This document shows, piece after piece, positions 8,909 to 19,500 of a stretch of 64,000 nt of DNA (the stretch's first letter is position 1; each line of letters begins with the position of its first letter). The DNA is taken from IMG/VR virus record IMGVR_UViG_3300018080_005419, one strand, 5' to 3'. The notes beneath the pieces were generated by a model. It did no database searches and was not told the origin of the DNA. It was given only the letters and a program-made list of their open reading frames with translations. Origin of the DNA: a virus. The position numbers and the translations under genes were made by a program.

Positions 8909-10087
8909 TTATGCATGTGGATTTCCATCACAATCAACCCACTGAGAACCATCCCACCAATATGGTCTTCCTAGAGTGGTATCAAAGTTCATTTCTCCTA
9001 CAGTAGAACCAGTTGGAGGAGAAGTCCAATCGTTAGATTGTGCTGTTTGGGCTGCTGTTACGTTGTGAGGATTGCTTGTGTTAACTCTGTGTGCATTATT
9101 TAAAACAACATCTGAATGATCTATTCCTGCGCTTCCTCTATGCGTATTGTTTAAGACAACATCTGAGTGATCTGTTCCATCACTAGTTCTGTGTGTATTA
9201 TTTAAAACAACATTGCTATGATCTGTTCCGTTGCTTGTTCTGTGTATCGTATTTAAAGAAATTGCAGAGATATTTGTTCCTATATCTGCTGTATTTTTAT
9301 TGATAGCTCCGACTATAGATTCTTTCCCGTTATCAAAATCAGTTTCTCCAGTTTCGCTTAACTGGGTTGACATTCTTACATCTTCTAGAATAAATTCATT
9401 TGTCGCTTTTATTGAAGATGCTAAAGGATTTGCATGTGTTAAAGTTAATAATGGTTGAGTAGAAGAAATATCGGATTGTGTAATTGCCAAGCTATTGCCA
9501 ACATCTAATCCTACCTGTAACGAACCAGAAACTACTAAATTTGTTTGTGTAAGTGTAGAACTATGTGGATCTACCGTTTGATTAATATGCGTCAAAACAC
9601 TAGAGGTATAATTTTTGCCTTCAGGATTTGAATTTAAAGTTCCAGGATATCCACCTGTTAAATCATAAGTTGCTATATATAGATAGTTTGTATTATCTAA
9701 AGAAACTGGGGAAGTTAAAGACACCACATCAAAACTGGTAGAATCAGTATATAAAGTAGTGGTATATTTCAAATATAAATAATAAAAGTTCCCTGTAGAT
9801 AATCCTCCCCATGAAACTGTCGAAGCTGTATATGCCAATCCTCGTCTTAGTACTCCCTTAATTCCAACACCACCTACAGGATTTAGCAAAACAGAATAAC
9901 CAGCGCCGAGATCGTCACCTAAAGTAAAATTACCTTCTGCAATTACTCCATTATCAACAACGCTGGTTGCTGCTTGAATAACCCAATCAACCATATTTAT
10001 CTGCTGAATATTATCTTCTTGTGTTAACTCATCTCCGTCAATAGCAATAGGAATACCATAATATGGACTAGAACCATTATATGCCAT
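8909..10087 (-). CDS. tail fibre-like protein, paralog of 7038-8888 without the poly-Ser domain
   Basis: MAYNGSSPYYGIPIA versus MSYNGSSQKYSIPIA. Shares LSTGNFYYLY, YDLTGGYPG, NGKESIVGAINKNT, the 17-aa His repeats and YWWDGSQWVD. Confidence 0.7.
   Translation of the reverse strand: MAYNGSSPYYGIPIAIDGDELTQEDNIQQINMVDWVIQAATSVVDNGVIAEGNFTLGDDLGAGYSVLLNPVGGVGIKGVLRRGLAYTASTVSWGGLSTGNFYYLYLKYTTTLYTDSTSFDVVSLTSPVSLDNTNYLYIATYDLTGGYPGTLNSNPEGKNYTSSVLTHINQTVDPHSSTLTQTNLVVSGSLQVGLDVGNSLAITQSDISSTQPLLTLTHANPLASSIKATNEFILEDVRMSTQLSETGETDFDNGKESIVGAINKNTADIGTNISAISLNTIHRTSNGTDHSNVVLNNTHRTSDGTDHSDVVLNNTHRGSAGIDHSDVVLNNAHRVNTSNPHNVTAAQTAQSNDWTSPPTGSTVGEMNFDTTLGRPYWWDGSQWVDCDGNPHA
9095..9247. repeat. three 51-bp coding repeats (17 aa, THRTSDGTDHSDVVLNN-type)
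   Basis: Units start at 9095, 9146 and 9197. Confidence 0.8.
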
Positions 10088-10092
10088 TTTAT

Positions 10093-10344
10093 TTATACCT
10101 CCTCAATATTCATTTTTTGTTGTACACCTACTACATCTCCATCACCTATCGTGCTTTCTCCTATAACTGCGATAAAAGATCCGTTTCTTGTAATATAGCT
10201 AACACCTTGTAAATTTGTTGCTATATTTAATAAAGCAGGATTATTTGCTGATTGTCCAGCAACTACTTTTTCCATATCATCAATTAAATTTCTTCTAAAT
10301 GATGGCCGTCTTAGTCTTAAAGTGTTTCCAGATCCAAAACCCAT
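10093..10344 (-). CDS. hypothetical tail-tip-region protein (83 aa)
   Basis: ATG ORF behind AGGAG between the hub-like and fibre genes. Confidence 0.65.
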   Translation of the reverse strand: MGFGSGNTLRLRRPSFRRNLIDDMEKVVAGQSANNPALLNIATNLQGVSYITRNGSFIAVIGESTIGDGDVVGVQQKMNIEEV

Positions 10345-10360
10345 TTGTTAACTCCTTTTA

Positions 10361-13300
10361 TTATGGTACGTATGGCTCTATGCCACTAGTAGGAGGAATA
10401 ATAATTGGATTATCATTAGAATCGTATGTAATAGTTCCAGGAGCTTTTAATGTAGCCAATTGCAAATCAGTTGTAAATGATTTGGTAGTTGCATCAAATG
10501 TGTGCGTTATCCCCTGTATCCAATATAAATCATTAAATTTATCCCACAGTCTTATTCCCAAATTTCCAGGAATACTTGTAGTTCCTGTATAAAATATTTG
10601 TAAGGCTTGTCTGGCGAGAACTTTTGCATATTTTGCAAGCGCCTCTTTAGTCCAAAAAGAACTAGCAAGCGGATAGATAATCAATTTTTCCCAAGGAATA
10701 TGAGGAATTGTTTGTTGTGTCAGATCTGCGCCAACTGCAATGGGGAATAATGGGATTTGATCGCTACTTTTTTCATAATCTAAAGGATTTCTGTCTCCAT
10801 TATTGGCAACTGCAGCGGCATTATTTTGCTGAGCCAAAACTACTATTTTATTATAGAATTGTGAAAAGTCGGGGTTTTTAGATGTATTTATAATCCTAGC
10901 ATTAGGATAATCCCAATTAATAGGAGTAAAATACGAACTATCTGGTTGCCCGTATTGATCAAATTTATACAAATATAATTTTCCATCAGGTTGAACAATT
11001 GCATAATGTGTTGTATCTTCTGATGCTTCTTGGATTGCATCCCACAGAGAAGTTCCCGCTTTAAATTCATGTAAAACCTGTCCTAGTTCCGAAGAAGAGC
11101 TTAATTTGTCATCTGTTTTAGCATATGAATAATCTGGCTCTACATTTCCATATCCGCACATAAAATCAACAGTTTTTTTAACTGTTTCTCCATCAAAGAA
11201 AGGAGAATTGAGCAATTTCATTTCGTTTAATTTTTTATCTATTCCAAATATTGGTATTTTAAGAGTATGAGAATCAGAACTTTGATCATATCCGAAACCA
11301 TATCCGAATCCTTTAAAAAATGTTCCTTGATTTGATTCAATGTTTCTTCCTAACTTAAATCCGTATTTTTGAGTTCCTATAGCGTCAATTCCACTTTTTG
11401 ACATAATCATATCTAAGTCGATTTGGCCAATTTGCTGCAAACCAAAATCAGAACTGTTTCCATATATTTGATTAAGAGCAAATCTATCTAAAGTTAAAGA
11501 CCCACTTACGCTATCTAAATTATATGAAATTTGAGCATTAAGAATACAATCGGTCCAATTTGTCCCAAGATTAAAAAGAGGAATATTATCGTTGTGAATA
11601 TTATCAAAATTAATTTCTTCTTTTCTAACAACTGTGCATCCAAACATTATAATTGGATATCTTGAATAATTACATTCATTGAATCTTTCTATAATAGCAT
11701 TAAACCTTTTTTCTGCAGTTGGAGCGTTATCCTCATCAAAATTATATGTAGATCTATTACCCGATCTAATTGTAAATTTATATTCTAACATTGAGCCTTT
11801 TTTGTCGCTTATCATTTGTACTTTTGAAGCAGATACTGGTTCGCTAGGGTAATCAGTAAGATTTGTACTTTGCCATTCAAGAACGTTTCCTGCAGAATTT
11901 GTTAAATCAACGATAGGGCTTCCAATTGGCAAATTTGTTATTTTAACCTGATCTCCTGCAGAAAATGGGTTAGTCCCTGAAATGGTTACTTGGTTGATCG
12001 AAAATTCACTTATTCCATCCCAAGTTCTAGAATAACTTGTTGCATTTCTTTTAATATCTTCTTGTGTATAATCTGCAATACTTGCACTTTGTTTTTGAAT
12101 TTCCGCAGTCATACCATTTTTGCACCATAAAGGCCAAAAGACAAATGATGTATTTCCTGCTTCTTCAAGATCACTTTCTATAGGTAAATAAAGTGTTGCT
12201 TCAGAATGCGTTTGGAAAAATAGAGGAATATATGATATATGACCAGTTACATTAAATAAATCTACAGAAACCATGTCGCCAATAGCTATTAATCCATTTT
12301 TAGAGTCGTTTTCAGCTGTAGACATTATTTCAACAGATGGACCTACCTCAGTATCGCTTCCCCAATCAGAATCAGCAAAAGGACTTGTTCTCTCTCTATC
12401 GTTTTCTGGATAATCTGGATTAACTTGTTCACTATATAATGTCTCAATATTTAAAGCCGGATTTCTTTCGCAAAATTGAGACATTCTACCACTAACTTTT
12501 TTATCAAGACCATTCCAATTACCAACAGAAATATATAAACCATTAAATGAAGGAATAAAAGACAAAGCTATAACATTAGGATCTTCACCACCTGCTCCTT
12601 GTCCGCTTGTTGACACAGGAGGAGCGGGAATGTTAAATTCAGTTTCTTGATCAAATATTTTTAATTTTGCCGTATTGTTTTTATTAAGTTTTAAAACAAT
12701 ATTACTTGTTGCTTCTAAGTCACCCTTACTTGTTCCGGGATTTTTATTTTCGCCTAACCTAATTGTTACATCCCAAGGAGGGCTTTTAGTGGCGTTATCT
12801 CCTGAAATTTGTTCTTCTTGTCTTAAAGAAAGCAACAACATAAAAGAACCAAGTCTAGCATATGCATTGTCATCTTCATTGACAAAAGTTCCAACACTTG
12901 ACAATGCTACTTCATCTGCTGGCATTTCTAAACAAATTCCTTCGTCAATTCCAGAAGTAGCATTAGGAGTAACAAATATTTGATTCATTTTTTGTCGCAT
13001 GTCTGTACGAGCAACTAAAGGAGTTGTTTTATCTTTAGTGTCAAAATATTTTGGATCATATTCTTCTTCGTCATATTGAATAATTGCGGGATTTTCCTCT
13101 TGAGCTATTTTGGTTATTTTTCTTGCTCTCCAGGTCCATAGATTATTATTTAAAGTTGTTCCTGATGTTCCATCATTAGCAGCAGATGATTTCATTACAT
13201 TATTAATCAACTCTGCACGATCTGGAACTAACAGTGCATTAATGAGAGCACCATTTGATAATATTGAAAAACTGCCATTATATAAAATTCCTGTATCGCC

Positions 13301-13573
13301 ATTAAGCCAACTAGGAAAGTTTATAAAAGGAGGGATATGTTGCGAACTTACTTGTATTGGAGTTAGTCCATCCTGTTCTTTTTCCGTATCATAAATAGGA
13401 TCAACAAATAAAGTTTGCAAACCTCCTGCATCGCCTACAGTTTTATCTCTTCCATTAATAATTCTTAAATTATTATCATTAAAATTAATAGTATCAACTT
13501 TAGTTCTATATGCAACACTAACACCAGTAAAGTCTGGCAATTGAGAACCTGTTGTTAAATATGGATTTGACAT
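10361..13573 (-). CDS. large tail-tip / baseplate hub-like protein (1070 aa)
   Basis: Immediately follows the tape measure gene. C-terminal part (GTSLWDAIQEASED, IVQPDGKLYL, IPGNLGIRLWD, IQGITHTFD, SFTTDLQL) resembles hub/Tal-type architecture. Confidence 0.55.
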   Translation of the reverse strand: MSNPYLTTGSQLPDFTGVSVAYRTKVDTINFNDNNLRIINGRDKTVGDAGGLQTLFVDPIYDTEKEQDGLTPIQVSSQHIPPFINFPSWLNGDTGILYNGSFSILSNGALINALLVPDRAELINNVMKSSAANDGTSGTTLNNNLWTWRARKITKIAQEENPAIIQYDEEEYDPKYFDTKDKTTPLVARTDMRQKMNQIFVTPNATSGIDEGICLEMPADEVALSSVGTFVNEDDNAYARLGSFMLLLSLRQEEQISGDNATKSPPWDVTIRLGENKNPGTSKGDLEATSNIVLKLNKNNTAKLKIFDQETEFNIPAPPVSTSGQGAGGEDPNVIALSFIPSFNGLYISVGNWNGLDKKVSGRMSQFCERNPALNIETLYSEQVNPDYPENDRERTSPFADSDWGSDTEVGPSVEIMSTAENDSKNGLIAIGDMVSVDLFNVTGHISYIPLFFQTHSEATLYLPIESDLEEAGNTSFVFWPLWCKNGMTAEIQKQSASIADYTQEDIKRNATSYSRTWDGISEFSINQVTISGTNPFSAGDQVKITNLPIGSPIVDLTNSAGNVLEWQSTNLTDYPSEPVSASKVQMISDKKGSMLEYKFTIRSGNRSTYNFDEDNAPTAEKRFNAIIERFNECNYSRYPIIMFGCTVVRKEEINFDNIHNDNIPLFNLGTNWTDCILNAQISYNLDSVSGSLTLDRFALNQIYGNSSDFGLQQIGQIDLDMIMSKSGIDAIGTQKYGFKLGRNIESNQGTFFKGFGYGFGYDQSSDSHTLKIPIFGIDKKLNEMKLLNSPFFDGETVKKTVDFMCGYGNVEPDYSYAKTDDKLSSSSELGQVLHEFKAGTSLWDAIQEASEDTTHYAIVQPDGKLYLYKFDQYGQPDSSYFTPINWDYPNARIINTSKNPDFSQFYNKIVVLAQQNNAAAVANNGDRNPLDYEKSSDQIPLFPIAVGADLTQQTIPHIPWEKLIIYPLASSFWTKEALAKYAKVLARQALQIFYTGTTSIPGNLGIRLWDKFNDLYWIQGITHTFDATTKSFTTDLQLATLKAPGTITYDSNDNPIIIPPTSGIEPYVP

Positions 13574-13579
13574 ATTTCC

Positions 13580-16500
13580 TTATCCCATTTTTGCAGATAA
13601 TTGTTCTATTGATTGTTTTATTTGAGGAAGGAATCCGAGATTTTCTTGACTTACTACTAATAACGGATTTAAAATATCATAAATACTTATTAAACTTTCT
13701 GCTTGTTCTTGAAGTTTTGCCATTTGTTCTTCAAATTTTTCTCGATCTTCTTCTCTATTTTTATCTTCTTCCTTTTTAACATCATCGGGGGTAACTGGTT
13801 TCTCTTCCTTAGGGGCAATTGGACCTACTGGTGCTGTTGGCGCTGTTTCTGCTGGAACCATTGAACCTGCTGCTGTTGCTCCTGGTTTTTTCGCAGCAAG
13901 AACGTTAACACCTGTAACGCCTGCTGTTGGAACTCCTTCTGTTGCTCCTGTAGTTGCAACACCATATGCAAGTTGTTTTTGTTTGTTTGCCGGTACTACT
14001 TCTCCTGGTGCGACTTTTTCTGCCTTTTTACCTTTTCGTCCTTTATATGTTCCTCGCATTCTTTCTGCAAAAACTGTTTCAGTTCCAGCTGCTAATTGCT
14101 TTTTATAATCCTCGGAAGTTTCAAATTTTCCGTATCGTTCAGTAGCCCTTCCTAAAACATTTTCTCCTAATCCGGCTAATTGTTTTTCTAGTTCGGCCTT
14201 TTTAGCTGGATCGGTTTCAGCAGCAATTTGTTCCTTAAGTGACTTCTTTTTCTCTTCATCTTCTTTTTTAATTTGAGTAGTAAATTCCTTCATTTTTTCC
14301 TTTTTGATATCTCTTCCAGCTGTCATTCTTGCACCTTCCTTAAGTGCAAGTCTTCTGCGATCACGAATATGTCCAATGCCACCCTTGGCTTTTCCTTTAA
14401 GTACTTCAGATTTTGCCAAAGCTTCGTCGTATGATATTTCTCCTCTTTGGGCTGATTCTAATAATTTGTCAATTTCTCCAGCAGCACCTCTATGTGATAA
14501 AAACAATCCACTTCCTTGTGCCTCTGAAAAATCCTGAGTTTTAGCAGCAAGTTTTTTTGCTTTATTTTGTGCTTCAGCTGCCTCTTTCTTTTTTCTTCCT
14601 TCTTTTTGTCTTCCTAACGCTAATCTCGTTTCATCAGCAAGAGCTTTAGCCTCTAAAGATCCTAATATTCCTGATTCAGATAATGTTTCTCCTGTCATTT
14701 CATCCACAGTAGACAAACCAACCTCACTAGCAGCATGTTGAGCTTCCATATTAATATTTACATCTTTATCAATTTCTTTTTCTCTTTTATTTAATTTTGC
14801 AAGTTTTGTTTCTTGTGTTTTTTGTTTCTTTTTAGTTTCTTCTTGTTTTTTGTCTATATCCGGAGTTCCTTTAGATAATAATTTGACAGATTCTTCAGCC
14901 TTTTTTAACTGTTCCCAAACAATTTCGCCTTCTTTTAATTTTTTCTGAGCAATTTTTAAAACTGGTTCTAACAAACCTCCCCCCCCTGACTCTTTTACTC
15001 TATTTTTTATTTCGTCTACTTTTTTCTTAAGTGGTCCAAGCACATCTGATTTTGACTTTCCTTGTTTAATTCCAGAAACTATAGATTCTAATTGTTTAGG
15101 AGACACAAACCCCTTAATCCCCTCAGAAAATTCCGAGAGAGATTTTTCCGCAATTTTTTTGTTTTCTTCTGCTTTTTTGGTAAGTTCTTCCTTTTTTGCT
15201 TTTTCTTGCTGATCTAAATCTCTTGCTTGTGCATCTAATGCTATAAGTTCTTTTCTCGCTTTATGTCTTTCTTCTATAATTTTTGTTCTTTCTGCCTCTC
15301 TTTTTACCATTTTATCTTTAATTGCTGCAATTTTCTTTTTAAGTGCTACTAACTTTTCATCTCTTTTATTATTTTCTTCCGATATTTGCATGGCTTCTTC
15401 TGATAATTTTTGCGATTTATCTGTAAATTCTCCTATCACTCCTTCAGCACCTTCTGGAACTATCATTGGAGCCGCTGCTGTTCCTCCTCCTGTCATATTG
15501 GTATTCTTTCTTGGTTTTGTTGCTGGTTTTGTTGCTGGTTTTGTTCCTGTGGAGACACCAGCTATAGATTTCCAAGTTGAAGACAATGTGTTTTTGACTT
15601 GATTCGCCATATTACCCAAAAAGCCCGTTATATTACCACCTCTAGCCTTTTTAGTAACACGTTCAGGAGTTGCTCCTCCTAATGTTGCAGGCTTTCCTCT
15701 AGGAGGAGTAATTTGAAATGGTCTATTTGCTCGCACACCAGCTAAATTACTCATTTCATTTCTAAGATCTTGAACATCAGTTCTTAACCCTTTATTGGTT
15801 TCATTTAATGCATCAGTAGAAGATACAGATTTGTCAGTAGCTTCTTTAAGATCTTTGCTTGGCTTTTTTGTATCTTTCATTGCTGATTTAATAGCAGCAG
15901 CTGTCTGTATACTTGCTGCTTGTTGAGATTTTGTTTTAGCAGTTCCAGCACCACCAAGAACAATACCTCCAGGTCCAATTGTTAATCCTGTTCCTTTTCT
16001 TTGCGCTAATAAGTTTCTTTTAAATCCTCCAATTTTTCCAAGTTCTCCAATTGCGGTTCCTAACATCTTTTCCATTGTTGATCTTTGTGCCTGAAGAGTT
16101 TTCTTCGTGACTTCTGCTCTGGCCTTTACAAAATCTAATTCTCTTTCTCTTAATGCTGTAAGATTCATTCTTCCAGCAGCATATTCTTGTTGAGCAAAAT
16201 TAAATCTTTCTTGAGCTAATCCCGCTTGTTCCTGTGCATAACCAACAATTTCAGCTTGTTTCTCTAATACTAAAGCATAAGGAGCACCCATTTGTTCTAA
16301 AACATCTAATTGAACTTCTGACATTCCTCTTTCAGCAGCAACACGTTTATTTTCCAGTGTTAATAAATTTTCAAATGCCTGAACTCTCTTTTGAGCTAAT
16401 TCGTTCATTTTATTTTCTTTATCTAATCGTTTTTGCGTAATGGCAATTTCAGTTGCTCCTATTGCTTCTGTTAGTCTTCTTCTTTCATTAGGATCTTCTG

Positions 16501-19500
16501 TACCTTTTAATGATGCTTCTAATTTCTTTTTAGTATTTATAGCGTCATTGATTTGTATGTTTGCTTGCTCTTCTTCTATTCTTGCCCGTTTTTCAAGCAT
16601 TCTAACTGAATTTATAACCGCTTCGTCCATATTACCAAAACCAGCTTGCGCAAGACTTATTTGTTTCTCAAATCCTCCAACTGTTACATCTAATAATTTT
16701 GCTTCTCTATTTATATCTGATACTGATTTTGTTATGTAATCTAAATATGTTCCTAAAGATTTCATAGTATCTGTAAACGTTGCTTGTTTCGCCTTTTCAA
16801 ATCCAATTTGTTCAAAAGCATCTACACTTACTGTTGTTTGTCCGGTTTCTTTCATATAATTTAAAGCTTCTCTAGCTTGAGCCTTTTCGGGTTCTGCAAT
16901 ATCACTTTTTTCTAAATCTTTCAAGGCTTTATCAATACCAATTTCTGCCTCTCCCCACACATCTTTTAATTTCGAAGACAGTTTTTTAGTAAGCGCCCTC
17001 ATATTTTTTTCTTTAGTAGAGGCAAATTCAAATGATGATTGCATATTTTTACGAGTAGCATCCATTCCTTCCGACATTGCCATAAACGTCATTCCAAATC
17101 TAGATCCCATATCTTGAAATATTTTTGATGTTTCCAATTTAGTTGCAGAAATTTGCATTGCTTGACTAGAATCTTTTGCCATAGCATTTAAAAGATCCAT
17201 TGAAGATTTGACTTGTGTTTTTAAATTATCATAAAAGCCCTTACCTGCATCTAGTATTGGCTTAACAACATCTTTAGTATTTGTTGCTGCAATGCCTGCC
17301 GCACTTGCTTTAGCTAAGCTAGAAGCTTTTCTTTTAATTTCATCATATTCACCTTTTAATTCTGTTGTCCTTTTTGACATTTTATCAACAATATCTTTCC
17401 CTAATCTTTTGGTTAGAAATTCTTGAATCTGTTTCGGAGAAAATTTTCCAACTTTTTTCTCTGCTTTATTTAATTCCGCAAAAGCTTGTTCCACTTTGCC
17501 AGAATCAGCACCTATATCTGCATAAAACATATCCATTTTCTGTGTTAGTTTTTCGTTTTCGGATAGTCTTTTTTGTAACTCTTTCATTTTTGCTTGTGCA
17601 TTCTTGAGATTTTCACCCGTTGCAGATTTTAATATCTCTCTTTGTATACTTATTTCTTTTTGAATGTCTTCTCGTTCAGTATCAAGACTTATTGTGCTAC
17701 CTTGACTGCTCAAAGTGGACGACATAATTGCTTCAAATGCTGCTAACTCTTTCTTTTTGCTTTCCATCTCTTCTTGTGCTGCATCTGAACTTTTATTTAA
17801 ATTAGAACTTAAATTTTTTAAATTATTAATTTGCTCTTTCGTTAAAGATCCACTTTGTTTTGTTAAAGAAATAAATTCTTTAAATTCTTTTTCTCCTCCC
17901 AATGCTTCTTTAACTGATCCTTCATCTTTAAAACCCTTCGAAACTATCTGTTTTGCTGTTTCTTGACTTGCTTTATTTGCATCACTAAGACCTTTTGCAA
18001 GATTGACAGATTCTTCAACTGCAACACTAAAAGATTTACCCAACTCGTCTAATTTTTTACCAGCTTGCTCTATTTGTTTACCTCTTAAATTTTCAAATTG
18101 TCCTGCGTCCAAACCAACACCTAAAATTCCAGAAATATCTATAGGAGCACCAGCAAGACTAGATTTTATCTCCGCCATAATTAATCCAGGAGTTTTTCCA
18201 ATCATTTGAACTAACTTATCGAATTCTTGAGACAGTTTTAATGTTTCTTCATTAATTGATTTTTGTGCTTCTTGAAATGATGCATTTATAGCCCCCGGAT
18301 CCATATCGTCCATTTCATCTATATTTCTTTGTAAAACATTATTAATATCAGTTATTCTTCTGGCAAATCTAGATCTTACCGCCCTAGCAGAATCAGACAA
18401 AGAATCCAAAAATAACTTAGTGGATCCACCTAATTTTTGTTGAATTTCTGCACTAGTTTTTCCTAGGGCGGTTCTCATTTCATACATTTTAACAATAGGG
18501 CTTTTTGCTGCTGCATCTAAAGCTCCAATAATTGCTTGAAAATTACGAGCCGATTTAATTCGAGATTTCCCTATCTCTCTTAGTTTTTTAGCACTTTCAT
18601 CTATTGTTTCTTGAAAATCTCTCATGTTTAATTCGCCAAATGCTCTGCCCCCTTCTTCACTTTCAACTGCTCCAAATGCAACCATGGCACCCTTTAAATT
18701 TTCAACAGTTTGCGTTGCTCTAGTTTTGTAAATTGTTTCTAATTCTTTTTTAGCAGCCTCAAATTGTACATTATAAGAAAATAAAGATGTAGCAAGTCCT
18801 ATCAATCCTCCAGCAACTGCTCCGATAGCAGTACCTACACCAGGAGCAATTAAAGTCCCGACAAAAGCACCAGCACCGGCAAAACTTGCTGCTAAATGCA
18901 TACTGTTAGATATTAAATCTTTACTTGTTTTTTCCCACAGGTCTGCAGTTACAGAAACTTTGCCAGATAAAACATCTAAAGCTGTTCCATACGAATCAGC
19001 AACCCTTTGAAGTGTTGCCCCTGTTCCTAATCCTGCAGAAAATTTCTTAATGTCATCTGCTGATGCGCCCATAATAAATGAATGAGATCTTACAATTGCA
19101 GCATCCTTTTTAAGTTCATCAGTTACAGAATCAAATTTTTCTCCCATTGCTTTTATAACATTATAAGCATCCCATGCAGCCGCACCAACTGCTGCAAGAC
19201 CAGCACCAACTTTTGCAACTCCTACTGCAATTTTTCCAAATTTCCCCATTCCACCAACTGCTGGTCCTCCTTCTCCTCCATCTCCACTTTGTCTTACTGC
19301 ACTTTCGACCCTTGACAAACCTGCGGAATTACTTCTTGAAAATCCCCCAATTAAAGTATTAGCTAACCCTAAAGCAACTAAAGATCTTCCTGTAATATCT
19401 CCTACAGCTGTTAACGCTGTTAAAGATCCAGACATAGGAGTAAGCATTTTTCTAACAGTATCAGCAATATCTTCTTGAACCCTTATTGATTTTTGAATAT

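Noticed and set aside
7238-9247. 51-bp and 87-bp repeats as a CRISPR array or DGR template/variable repeat
   Set aside because: Units are contiguous, in-frame multiples of 3 with no unique spacers. Differences are not adenine-specific, and no cas or reverse transcriptase gene is present.
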